Source: Dicyema japonicum (Eukaryota > Animalia > Dicyemida). Taken from it: a stretch of 64,000 nucleotides of DNA. The stretch covers positions 15,545-79,544 of the forward strand of contig RDEW01000046.1 of the NCBI GenBank assembly GCA_011109175.1, given 5' to 3'. The position numbers and the translations under genes are program-made. The stretch's first letter is position 1. Each line of letters begins with the position of its first letter. This document shows positions 25,690 to 38,149 of the stretch, piece by piece. Below the pieces are notes generated by a model. It did no database searches. It had not been told where the DNA came from and was given only the letters and a program-made list of their open reading frames with translations.

Positions 25690-28420
25690 TTAAGTTCCCC
25701 TTGTGCCACGTCCAGTATCCTCCCACACATCCTCTTCCATGTTCCCCTGTTCCGGGCCATTGCTCGTAGTGAGTCAAGATCTTCACCATTTCGTAGAGTT
25801 TTGTTTATTCGGATTAGATGCAATCCGTACAAGATTTTCCGGGCCTGAAGCCACATTGTTCCACGAGGAGGTAGCTACTCTCTTCTACATGCCGGTTCAG
25901 CCTCTTGAAGACAATTCGCTCAGCGATCTTGGAGGTCGAGCAAATGAGGCTGATAGGCCTATAGTTGAGAGGGTCCCTCCCTGAATTTCATGGTTCCAGG
26001 ATCATCTTAACTACATAGGTTTTCCAGCTTCTTGGGACATATCCGTGGTCAATGCTTGCGTTGTTCTTTAGTACAAACACGTTCTTTAGTACAAAGAACA
26101 AGGCCTCCGGGCCTTCTTTAAGCATCCTCATGCTAACATGATCATGACAGGAGCATTTGCTTTGCATACTCATGACAGGTAACCACGACCTCCTCTAGTG
26201 TGATTCTCATTTCAACATAATTGAGATCGTTCTGAGAGCAGTTATAAAGTTCTTGTGAAGCCTCCAACTCTTTACATGAGATCAACAACATGGATTGACT
26301 TCTTGGATATGGTCTAGCTGTCTTTTAAAGATTTCCGAGGCTTCTCTTGGAGAGTGCGAGCCCCCTTCCGGTTGTTCAAGATAATCTTCTTTTCATTGTA
26401 CTTCTGGTAAGTTAATTTTTTATAGATTCTCCAGAAAGAGGGATCTTTAGTGTCCAGTTTGCTTGCCTCTATTCTCCATCTTCGCTCCAGAGCCAATCTT
26501 GTTTCCTCTTCGATGACTCTTTTGGTTATCTTTAGTCGATCGGTCAGAGGCATTTGGTCAATCCTGTCAGCGCATCTTCTTATCTTGATTCTCAGACGGT
26601 TTCTTTCTTTGATCAACTCCAAGGTAATGAGTGAAATGTCAATACTCTTTTTGCGGCTAGCATTCGAAAATTTCTTTTGGTATATAGTAGCAAATATCTC
26701 TCTATGACGATTGCGAGATTTCGGTCCATATTATCGATTTCAATCGGTGACTTAGGTTCCTGCGTCCAACTTTGGAGGTTCCTTGTGAGGTAATTTCGCT
26801 AGTGTTCCGATTCAAATCGTGACATGTCCTACATATCTCATGAACACTGCTTCCGTGTCGTCTGGGGTTAGGTGTTGAACTAGTTCCTGAAAAATGTGGT
26901 CACTGCCGATGTCCCACATTATCCTCGGCCTCTCCAAATAGGTGCAAAGCGAGTGTAAGATTAAGAACACATCAAGCATATCTCCTCCGTGGTGAGAGAA
27001 GTGGTTTGGCTCCTCCGACGTCATGATCTCGAATCCGGCTCTCTCACCCAGGATTTCTAGTTTTCGTCCGTCCGCGTTATTTCTGAAGCATCCGTAATTA
27101 ATGTTCTTGGCGTTTAGGTCACCCACCAAATTAGATATATCGATTTTTATCGAAAAAATTATTTCATCAGTGTAGAAGATTTCTTGATGTCTTTGAATAC
27201 ATTCCTCCAACGTGTATCCACGAGCCACAGTAGAGTATCTCAATCAACACAAATTTGCATTGTGTGGCCGTGATTATTTTCGGGTTTCGTGTTCGTAGGT
27301 CATCGCTGTAGAACAACGTGGTTCCAATGCCAGCCGCGGCTATTCTATAGAGTTGAATCTTTCCAGCGTAGTAGTGTTGGTCTTTTCATCTTGGGCTTGT
27401 TGACCACCAGGACGTCAATCCTGGTGGTTGTCAAAAGTAATGCTAGATCATTATGGCCTCTTCCTCAAGGATCGGGCATTCACCAGCACTATCTTCAGAC
27501 CTCTTCTCAATTGTTTTTTAGATGGCCTAGGCTCTCCATCGCCAGGTCCACCATCTTTCGTAAATCCACACCAAAAATTTTGCTCAGTTCTTTTAGCCTT
27601 GAAATTATATCTTCTAGTTCTTTTGAGATCTTTTCTGGCATATCACTTCGAGCTTGCCAAGTCAATTCTCGTGCCTTTCGAACCGGTTCATTGTTAATAA
27701 TTCGGGGGCCGATTGTCATTCTCTTTGTCGGTTTCACTGTTTTGGTGATTATTCTCAGTGGAGTTCCCTTATTGATTTCAATGTTAGTCTTGTCCTTCTG
27801 CCTTGATTCCTTTTTGTTGTTGCAAACATCAAGTTTATGTTTGGCTTCCAATAGCAAGGGGCATCCTCCATATCTGGCCCCGTGTTTGGAAGATCCGCAG
27901 TTAACACAATTGGTTTTTAATCCCGGATCCATATTGTAGTCTGAGATATCATGTTGTCCCGCACATCGGAAACACTTTTTTCTTTCCTTACACTGGTATG
28001 CAAAGTGCCCGACTTGCTGGCAGCTATTGCAGATCAGCGACCCTCTTCTCATCCATTCGCAAATAATCACGTTTCCTCGACAGCATTTGTGGGATTATTG
28101 GTGTGATTATAAACACGTGAAGGTAATGGAGTTTTGTGTTTCCTGAACTTTCACGAGGTTTTAGTTGGATGTGAATAGTTGAACGGATGCATTTTTCTCT
28201 CAAGGAAAGTTGAAATATTTCTCCCTCCATACATATAGAGGAGAGCCAAAAAAAATTTCTTTTTTTCGAATCGGGTGACTGAGGCAACCTTGAGATAAGA
28301 GAATGGTTAAAGTCGTCATCTTCGCAAGCAATGTAAATGATTTTAAATTTTGACGGATTCTGTTCCAACTCAAGTTCTGCAAGTGTAAATATCTACATAT
28401 GCCACCACAATTTTCCAATT
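25690..28420 (-). mobile_element. I/Jockey-group LINE with gag-like ORF1 (three CCHC knuckles) and internally deleted ORF2
   Basis: ORF 27507-28070 CNSCQQVGHFAYQC / CFRCAGQH / CVNCGSSKH; APE motifs VGDLNAKN, GSDH; related copy at 39610-41010. Confidence 0.85.
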
Positions 28421-28880
28421 CTCTCCAATGGTCTCATCAAGGTACATAGGTACATTGTGGTTCTGATCGCTGAAGCTGTACAATCGATGCCTAAGGCAAA
28501 GAGTAGGAGGCCAAGACAGTCACCTTGTTGGATTCCAGTGTTTGAATCGATGATGTGTTGTCCAAAGATCAGCGTGGATGGGGAACCATATATGAAAATT
28601 TTACTATCTTGCTAATTTCCGGGATCCTGGAGACGTTAGCTTCTATGATTCTATCTCTGCAGATGCTATTGAAGCATTACGGATGTCACGTTTGACTATT
28701 ATACCATTCGTAGTGTCAGGCGGACTGGCAAAGTTCCGGATTAAATTGATTAATGATTCGCATTCATGAGGAACTCCAACCTCAAGTTGTGTAGGGGTCA
28801 GTTCGGGGCTTAGAGTCTTGCTTGCTGATCTGACAGCAATCAACGCCATTAGGCGCCTGAATACGTAGCGATGGGTCTTA
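28420..28880 (-). mobile_element. CRE-like RT fragment
   Basis: PTQLEVGVPHECESLINLIR...VKRDIRNA resembles CRE PxQLGVGVxGGCE...DxxNAFN. Confidence 0.55.
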
Positions 28881-28907
28881 ACTCACCGCAAGACTTTCTG
28901 AAGGCGA

Positions 28908-29252
28908 TCAGTTTGAATGCAAAAAAGGAGTCCTCTGTAGAATCGGAGACTTCAGCCCGAAAATGCGGTCTGTCAGAATCTTTATTGAATTAATGAAGGA
29001 AATCCCCATATCGGAACTTCCGACCATGACCTTCTTATTCACTTCTGTGAATAAACATATTATTATAGGATCTATCGATANGTTTGAATGCAAAAAAGGA
29101 GTCCTCTGTAGAATCGGAGACTTCAGCCCGAAAATGCGGTCTGTCTGAGTCTTTATTGAATTAATGAAGGAAATCCCCATATCGGAACTTCCGACCATGA
29201 CCTTCTTATTCACTTCTGTGAATAAACATATTATTATAGGATCTATCGATAT
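28908..29252 (+). repeat. About 171-bp tandem duplication with an N at the junction (probable assembly artefact)
   Basis: gtttgaatgcaaaaaaggagtcc...gatctatcgata occurs twice, separated by n at 29081. Confidence 0.85.
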
Positions 29253-29389
29253 TTTGACTAAAGCAAAGATGTCAAACATGCGGCCCTCAGGCGGACCTTG
29301 ACAAGCATAAGTGCGGCCCAATTAATGGATATAAAACACAAAAAATCATTTTGTTATTTTTTACATTTAATTAATTTTTAATAGTATTT

Positions 29390-29555
29390 GTAGGACATAC
29401 ACCCAAGAAAAAGAAAAAAGAAGTGAAGAGCATTCCTTGGTTCTCCCTTTACGATATCTACGATTAGTTATAATTACTGTTCTTTACTTAAATAAAGTGT
29501 GTGTTTTGCACGAGCGAAACCCTAGGCATTTCACGTGCTTATGGCAACACGGGAG
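29390..29555 (+). mobile_element. 5'-truncated SINE, subfamily 2
   Basis: taggacatacacccaagaaaaagaaaa...gtgaagagc...taaataaagtgtgtgttttgc matches 19705-19830. Confidence 0.75.
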
Positions 29556-31239
29556 TGCTTAAAAAATAGTATTTGTAAATCTTGTTTGTCAATGCCACGT
29601 GCTTCTTCTGGAATTAAAAAACAGTGTTGGTTTGATCTACGAAATCGATATAAATATGTGTGAATACACAAATACATTTCTTTTATAAAAACAGAAAATT
29701 TTATTGATATTGGCTATCTACCCAAAATAATTCTGGTCAGAAGGAAAAATTATCTTGAAATTGTTAAATATTATTGCAAAAATTTTATTGAATTAAAAAT
29801 AACTATAATTTTAATAGAAATGGAATGTTAATAAAAAGATGCTTGAAAGTAATTCATTAAAATGAACTACTGAGCAATTTATCGACTAGATTATGTCAAT
29901 ATTGGTTTATTATTTGTTTAAGTTGACAGGGAAAATATACTTCAGCGTTGAAGACGCAGCTAGCCTATTCAAATTTGTATTTCAGTAACGATTTATACTG
30001 AATTACGTATTATCTGAAATTTAGATTTTCTGTTAATAAGGTTTTTCTATTAAAAATGAAAAAACAACATATATCTCATAGCTGTTTGATAAATATCCTT
30101 GTGTCTATTCAGAAAATATTTTTTATTAATAAAATTATTATCTAAAGACCGAAATTTTCAACCTGAAAACTTTTTTAATTGCATTATTCTATAGTTAATA
30201 AGTTATATTTAATAACGCTTTTGATTAGTTTTTTAATATTAAAATTTTTTCTAGATAAATTTTTCATAGTTAAAATAGTCAAAATTTTGAATTTTTTAAG
30301 TCAATAAAGTCAATTTTTAGGTCAAAATTTTGGATTTATAAAGTCAAAAAAATCCCTCTACTGGTAATATATACAGTATTATCTGATTTATCGATATATT
30401 CTGTTTATTTTATATTTTATTAACAATTTAATCAATAAAATTTTAAATATCCGTAAGAACAGAGGGACGTTCTCGTCTGACTATGGTTATATGGCTATAC
30501 ATGTTTGTCTATAGAAGAGCATCGGCCCAGGATGAAGTCTCTGTTTGAGTGAATCGGGATCACGTAAGTAGTTAGTTTTGTTTTGCCTTCGGCTTATTTC
30601 ATTTATATTAGACACAATGACATAAAATATTCAATTTAATGGATCTGATTCTTAATTTTGAGAAGCTCGTCCATTAGGCCACCTTGTACTAGGGCCCACC
30701 TGAGATAGGCGCATCACATTGACGACACGTTAGTAACAAAGAAAAAAAAAAAATTGAGAAAGATAACAGACGTACTCGGGACGACGCTCTTGAAGACACT
30801 TTCTGATGACGGTAAATTGTTATCATACAAGGAATGTGATCGTTAAGCTGGGATTACATAATAGTTCTGTTGACAGCATTTTTAGTGGCCTTAAAGTCAC
30901 TTCGTAATCTGTATGTCCGGGACAATGGATATTTGTTTCTCACAGTTTTGAGATCTGTACGTGTGCTTTTTAGAGTCAACCAATATGCTTCAGATTAGAA
31001 TATGTGGATATTTTCTTATACCATAGACGTGGGTGATTTCTTTTTTTCCTATTATGGGTTATATATAGTGTGCATGGAGCGAAACAAAATAATCGTACCC
31101 AACCATCAGAGTCGGACGAAGATCCTGCCCTTTCAATACACTCGACAAATACAAGGACAGCTTTTAGAATCCTAACCATGAGCATTAATGTGTGTCAGGT
31201 TTGAAATCAATTCAAGTACTTTTTGATGATCCATTGGCA

Positions 31240-31990
31240 CTCTTTCAGAAGGATAGCGTAGAGTCGATGACGTAGTATTCCTTGGAGGAGGCATGAATAA
31301 AAATTCCAATCGATAACAGCCAGGGCTCTTTTAGTCATTCCGACACATGACATGTGAAACCTCACAAACAAGCCATGAAGTGGATCATTCGTTTTCTTTT
31401 GTTGCATTTTTTGCAGATCTCACCTTTTTTTGCAGTTTGCTGCATCTTCTTTCTGATTATTATTTCTTTCTTTTCAATACACAACAAGCCCTGTGCAATT
31501 CAAATTATTTATTGTTGATTGAAAATAAGAGTTCAACTTTCAAGACTTTTCCAATCCTCAATTCAATTCACGATTGGACTGTAAATATTTTAATAACTCT
31601 TGTTCTCGAAATTGATGATCTTAAATTTTAGTAGTCTTGATGACCTCAAAAGTAAAATCAATATTTAAATTTAGGGTTCCACAAAAAAGGTTGGGATCAT
31701 ATGGTTTAGGTTAAATGAAGCTACTAAATTAGATATATTTTAATAACTCTTGTTCTCGAAATTGATGATCTTAAATTTTAGTAGTCTTGATGACCTCAAA
31801 AGTAAAATCAATATTTAAATTTAGGGTTCCACAAAAAAGGTTGGGATCATATGGTTTAGGTTAAATGAAGCTACTAAATTAGATGACGTGAAAATGACAA
31901 ATTGACTTTCCTTATTCCTTGATGGCACCATGCATTGCTTTGTACCTGCTTCTGGATCGATTTATTAGTATCATCGATCCTTGGAACTAG
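31240..31990. repeat. Dispersed repeat closely similar to 57830-58400, with an internal 150-bp tandem duplication (31591 and 31741)
   Basis: Direct sequence similarity, e.g. acaagccatgaagtggatcattcgttttcttttgttgcatttttt in both places; near-identical ORF translations at 31347 and 57923. Confidence 0.85.
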
Positions 31991-32449
31991 ACTTTTTTTA
32001 GTATTTCATGCTTGTGCAGCCAAATCCATCCTCCAATAATCCATCGAAAACTTCTGCTTCCGGCAAACGATGGAAAAGTAGGTCCGCCCTCTTCCATTAT
32101 TATCATACGTCCTACCGTCGCAAACATCTTTGCATTCTTAGACGGAAGAAGTTTTATAATGAGAATCTTCACCAGTAGAGTCCGACCTTTTGGCACAAAA
32201 AAGTTGTTGAAAGGGATCCTCCTACCTCATATCTGATCTAAACTAAGCCTAGCTGATATATACAAAATTATTAAAAATTGAACAATACTGTCAAGTTTAA
32301 GTTCAAAAATTTGAGAATAACAATGACTCTTATATTGGCTTCCTTTGCAAACATCTGGAGCCTTAAATTTATTAGATAATTTATTATTTTTAAACGGACA
32401 TTCACAGAACCAAAGAATTTTATATTAACAAGGTGTCGTTTGTTACACA

Positions 32450-33200
32450 ATTTAAGATCCTTTTCACCAGACGTCTCCAGAAGAGTCTCCATCTCGATTC
32501 AATGATTTCCATACTCGATGGGACTGATTTGGTTGCATAACATAATCTCTGCCAGATCCTACACTGCATTAACGTATCAGACGCTGAACCAGTGGATACA
32601 TGGGTTGGGAAGTCTGGACGCGAATAAGCGTGAGATTCCCGAAGAACTCTAATAAACAATGAGAATGGGACAAGTTTTATGTTCAAAAATCATAAACGAG
32701 AAAAAACCTGATCTTGACCAGTATTGTCTGGCTTATCTGGCTTCTTCGTCGACAAACGAAAGTAGTGCCTCGCTCTGAGCATTACCATGAACCTCACTTG
32801 GGACATTATTGGATGTCAACGCGACGAGGATTAGAGTTTCCGTCCGTCTCGGAATGGACGTTTGAACGATCCATCACTGTAAAAGTGGGGTACTGGTCGA
32901 CGCGAAAGGTCTTCACGCTCTTTTCTGCCGAAGGATTGCTGGAAGGAGTCCAAGACACGCTGCAGTCAACCGAGTTATTGCTTGGGAACTTGAGGCGGTC
33001 GGATTCCCTGTCCAATTGGAGCCGCTCAGACTCGCCCCAGCCAACCAAAGACCCGACGAAACTATTCTCTTCCCAGGGAAAAGCGGTAGATACCTTGCCT
33101 GTTACGCCACCAGTGTGGATAGCCTCTCTCCCTCCATCCTTGTTATGACAGCAACTAACCAAGGCTCTGCTTCGAAGAAGGCTTTAGTTTTCAATAATCT
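32450..33200 (+). mobile_element. CRE-like retrotransposon fragment including the REL endonuclease start
   Basis: RRGLEFPS (GGLG-like) and QRPDETILFPGKSGRYLACYATSVDSLSPS, matching CRE RPDGxTxxPWxxGxxLxWDxTxxDTLAxS. Confidence 0.6.
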
Positions 33201-33690
33201 TCTGTTCCAAATATTTTCCATTTTCTTATAGATTGCTGCTGCTGTAACTCTCATGTGCATTATGTTCTCACTGTCTCAAAGTAAAGATCTCAATTTTCTT
33301 TTTTTCTTCATCATACTCAAGTTCTCTTGTAATTTTTGTAAACTCTGTCTTTTCTTGGTTTACGTCCATAAACCAGTCTTTTAATTCATTGGGGATTATG
33401 CCGATAACCGTTCACAAAAATAAATACCGTTGGCAAAATTATTTCCATTGGCATATGTCCTTCGCATTTTTTTCTGAGAAATCTCAGAGCTGCTTCAAGG
33501 TATATAATAGAAAGTACAGGTGACAGTGAGTCACCCTGTGGCCTGGGTTCACTAGCGCATTTATGTGCCTAAAAAGAGATTGAAATATAACAAGGAAGAA
33601 GCACATCGCAGTTAAAATCTCTATTAACGAAAATCTTGTACAAAGTTATTTCAGGCAGATTATATTTGGTGTCTTTTCATAAAAAATTTT
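33185..33690 (-). mobile_element. Degenerate RTE-like RT fragment, duplicate of 58470-58960
   Basis: Shared DNA with 58470-58960, which translates as LFMDVNQEKTEFIKITRE (RTE RT domain 7). Confidence 0.6.
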
Positions 33691-35429
33691 TCGTAAAGTC
33701 TGTTTCCATGGAAATACATGTATTAATGTGGACACTGAATTTATCAATTTTTGGTGGGGCGGTAACACGACAGTTAAAAAAAATTTCTAGAAAGCGCAAG
33801 ATACAATGGCATGTTTTAAAACTGAAGCTGCTCACGTTCAAAGTGATATCAAAACCATAAGAGATATTATTTACAAGAAACAAGGTTACTGGTAGTTTCG
33901 ACGAAATCACCGAAATGTCGACTAATATGTCTAAAGCATAATGGACTCGGATTTGCTGTTCATTCGGGATCTTCTCTTGAAGTACATCGAATTTAGCGTA
34001 TGAGTGAGAGGATCGGCGATATTCAAATATGTCTCACCTGGAGTCTATGAGATCAGTGGCTAACTATCGAGGACCGTGGAAGAGACTGATATTGTGTATA
34101 AGCGGTCTATAAGTACTATGATGGTTAACGTGAAATTGATTAATGCTAATAATATATCAATATATTACTAGGAAAGCTCATTCAGAAATATAAACCCAAA
34201 TAAAAAGACAAATATATTTACTGCTCACATAAAATAGGTTAACTCTGATAAATATTATTAATATCAAAAAATGAAAAAAATTGTTAAAAACAGTATTTAT
34301 CGACTCTTACGGTCAATCCGACTAAAAAGTAGAGCATCGAATTGTTGATTAAAACAGATTTCCAGCCATTAGCCAAAGATCCGATTATTCCAAAGATTAA
34401 TGGCCGCATTAAATAACCACAAATTATCAGAATAAATTTTTGAAAATTTTTTAATTATTAAATTCCACAATTTAATAGTCAAAAAACTCTCTTCAATATT
34501 CTTTGGTTCAATCCACAAATGACCTCAACTAAAAGCAACTCCAAGACACAATTTAAACAACTTAGTTTCAATTAGGCCAGCATTATTATACCAAATTGCA
34601 CACTAATTTTCCCCAACAAATATCTGGCTGATTACTTCTAGGCTTTTATGAAGAAGAGTCGAACTTTAATAGTCAAATTTTGGAAGAATTTCTTGTAGGT
34701 TCCTTTCTTTTTAGTAACCGTTTATTGGATGGCTAGTGGGATCGACAAAATATCAAATCTTCCTTGGAGTTTTCCGCCTTAAGAAATAAATGTGGGAATG
34801 GAGTAAATAGTAGTGTACAAAGTACTGCATACTCAAGGACGGCCTTGTGGATGATATATCAGCTGACTCAACCCTGGCTATTCCCACATTAATTAAATCT
34901 GTCTTATTGTTCGTAATAGTCTTTTTTCAGTGCCTCATGTACTGTGCCAGGATATTGCCATGGAGGAAGTGCTTGATACTATTATTAGCAGAAACTGGAT
35001 TAGTAATCAAAACGTAATAAAATGAGTCCATAATATAATCATGAGTCATTCCGATAATTTAATAAAAATCAGCACAATCAAAATAATGAAAATTAAATAT
35101 CAATAAATAAAAAAGATAAAAATTTCAAAACAATACGCAAAACAAAGACAATTTCGCAGTTATGTCACAAGTTGGTTGAGATGTTGCTAACCCAACCGCT
35201 AGCATTCCTAAATTGAACAGTTGATGAAAACTGATAGCCTGATGCGAATAAAATTGAAAGGTCAAATGAAATGAACCAACTTCAAAGGCAACATAATAAA
35301 GTAATAGCATAAACTTGACTGTATCAGCACAATAATGCAAATTTCTCCAGCATCAAAAGACTAGTAAAGGGTAAATCAGTTTATATATTTTTCAAAAACT
35401 TAAAATTAATATTTTCATAGCTGATAACG

Positions 35430-36335
35430 CTACTTCACTTTACTTCTCAGATAATAATCGTGTTTAGTTTCGTTTTCATAATCCACAGAAGAGCTATTCG
35501 AGTCCTTCAGTAATTTTTCAGTCTTAATTGTCGACAGCGAAAAGTTATCGTATTTTTTTTCACCGCCTGGATCTTCAGAAACTTCCCCAGCGTTGATATT
35601 CAACGGCAGAACAAATGGTGTGTCGTTAAATGTATACTTCACTCCCTTACATGGGAGTCTCTCCCTCCTCCGGAAGCTGTATTTAATGGTATTTTCGGTT
35701 TTTTTGCTTTCATTAGTCGCCAAATGCCTCTTTGGCTTGGAAACAAGGTTAAACGAATCGTCACAATCGGAAAAATCAGAAAACACAGAGTTTTCTGGAA
35801 TTGTAGTGATCACCGACGGGGTAGAAGTCCCAAACGAAGAATCGTCTAAGTATAACTTGGGAAAATCACTTTGATGTCTTTGACTGCTGTAGGCCGAATC
35901 AGTGTCGCACTCATTGATCTTTTTAATCTAAAATATTGACAAAGGACAAACTTCAGGTGAGCACTTAACTCCCTTTACTCTAAACCTTAGAAGAACAAAA
36001 CTTACAGCTGTTCTAGTCGTTCTTGTTTTCTGCACTTCGAGCGTGTAAGCACGTGGGAAGTAAACTCATTTTCTTGAGCGGACTTATCTTCTACTTCTGT
36101 CCTTTAAAGCTCTTTATTACTTTCAAGCTGATCAAGAATCCACACATAGCTATCAATCAGTTCATCGAGGGAGGTTAAGCTGGGGTTCTCGTCTTCGGAA
36201 ACCTCGGCCAAGGACTTGCATTCACTCTTAAAAGTAAGAAATGACTTGCGACAGCCGATTTCTTTTAAATAATCTGTAATTTTACTACATATTTAAACCC
36301 AATACTAATTGGGCTTTTTTCTTTCCACTAACCAT
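35430..36335 (-). CDS. N-terminal LisH-motif protein, NPAT-like, about 270 aa, 5 exons
   Basis: ATG at 36335; introns 36274-298, 36097-120, 35986-36005, 35928-951 give an open frame MVSGKKKAQLVLDYLKEIGCRKSFLTFKSE...LDELIDSYV; LisH pattern resembles the NPAT N-terminus (ARLVLGYL...F..E...L..IL.EY); the remainder is low-complexity. Confidence 0.65.
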
Positions 36336-38149
36336 ACTAATCTAACATCAAATAAATCATACATAATATAAACGCAATCGTAAATTAATAAGACTGAAAC
36401 ACGACTAATGCGACCGCAATTTAAAAATTAATATTACAAATGTGGTTCTCCGAGGTATAATGAAATATTTTTCAATTAAAAAAAATTTTAATAATAATCC
36501 ATTTTAATAAATTCAGTTATTCAAATAAATCATACATAATATAAACGCAATCGTAAATTAATAAGACTGAAACACGACTAATGCGACCGCAATTTAAAAA
36601 TTAATATTACAAATGTGGTTCTCCGAGGTATAATGAAATATTTTTCAATTAAAAAAAATTTTAATAATAATCCATTTTAATAAATTCAGTTATTATTTTG
36701 ACGTAATATTGTATAAAGTGGCTAAAATCCAATCTATCATTCAAATTAACTAATTTCCGGTTGACCTTAATGTGGCATTATGAGTTGCTTTTATGGCTGA
36801 TGTGAAAAATCGAAAAGTCACCTTAGAAGTTTCTCTTATAACATTAAAGTCTCTCATATTTGATGTGAACTTGGTCTTCTCTGTTAATGTTGTAGCATTA
36901 CTCCCAATTCTATCAGAATCTATGAGCGATAATAATCCTTCATCCATTTTTTTGGGTGATTCGGATTTTGAAATTTGTGTACCTTTAGTTTATAAATTCG
37001 GGTTTCGACGTATGTTGTTTCTGTCACGAAGTGAAAAGAAAAAGCTTTGATCTGTCGTCAAGTAATGATTGAGTTAATGCTAAGGGAAAGGGTCACCATG
37101 CTACGGCCAACCGCAACATTTTGTTAGGCTTACCGAACATTGTCCAAAAAGGAGATTAAATAATAATTTTATCAGTAAAGGATAGTGAATCAGCCTGTGA
37201 AGTGGAATTATGTCCTGGCTATATATGATAATGTTAGAAATTTTGATTCTTATTGTAAAGTGACGTATCTCTAGCTGTTTAGACTTTTCTTATTGTCTTT
37301 AATTTCTGCTTTATTTCTATTCTACGACAGTCATGTTACTAAGGAAAATGTTGACATTGATGGATTTGGAAGCACTTTATTAGATTTTGGAGACAACCAG
37401 AAAATGCGGAAGGGAAAGCTTAGAATGACACGATGGCTCTTCTAGAACATTAGGCTAGTGTTCATGAGGGGTAACTTCCATTACGTGCTCAATGGTCACA
37501 AGCAATAATGGAGACTTTTGGCTTTAATTTAAGCAGGAAATTATTTTCAAAAATTTACGTGAAATATTGATTTATGGTAAACTTGATATGCTTAATTTTA
37601 TAATTATCAAAGGTCATACATAAGTTTAAATTATATCGATTGAAATGATTTTTATACAAATATCAAGTGCTTAGCAAAATGTTATATTCTTGATCACACC
37701 ACCAAGCCAAACAAGCCAAATGATAAAGGATACTTTGATTAATGGTTCAACTTGCAGTCAGATCATAAGTAGGTCATTTAGAGCAAAAATAATATTTATT
37801 AATATCTAGTTGTTAGCTGAGTGGTTAATTGGTCGGAAGGTGATCTGGTGACGTGCTTTTGTCGGCCGAAATGTCTGCATACCTTTGTGATGGATAAAAG
37901 GTGGTTTTCTTCTCGTTACCATGGACTTAATGATGAACTCATGAGACTTCAAAAATAAGAAGTTCTGAACAAAAAAAGTGCCGGACGCATGTATGATCTA
38001 GTGTTGCCTAAATTTGAAAGAATTTGCCGTTTGGCAATTTTTTGACTTAACAGGAAAGATTTCATACAAATCAGAGTGGAAGTAAATGTCTTCAATCAAT
38101 TTACTGACTCCAAAATCGTGTTCCCAAGGACTGGTTCGTTGTCTATAAG

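Noticed and set aside
8653-29252. Tandem duplications at 8653-9075 and 28908-29252, and similar ones at 6455, 21545, 31591, 36351, 38218
   Set aside because: Two have a lone N exactly at the junction, typical of overlapping contig ends joined in scaffolding. The others are similar two-copy near-exact units of 89-175 bp and may be artefacts too. Long reads would be needed.
28908-29321. 137-aa ORF with an internal repeat
   Set aside because: Spans the N-containing duplication.
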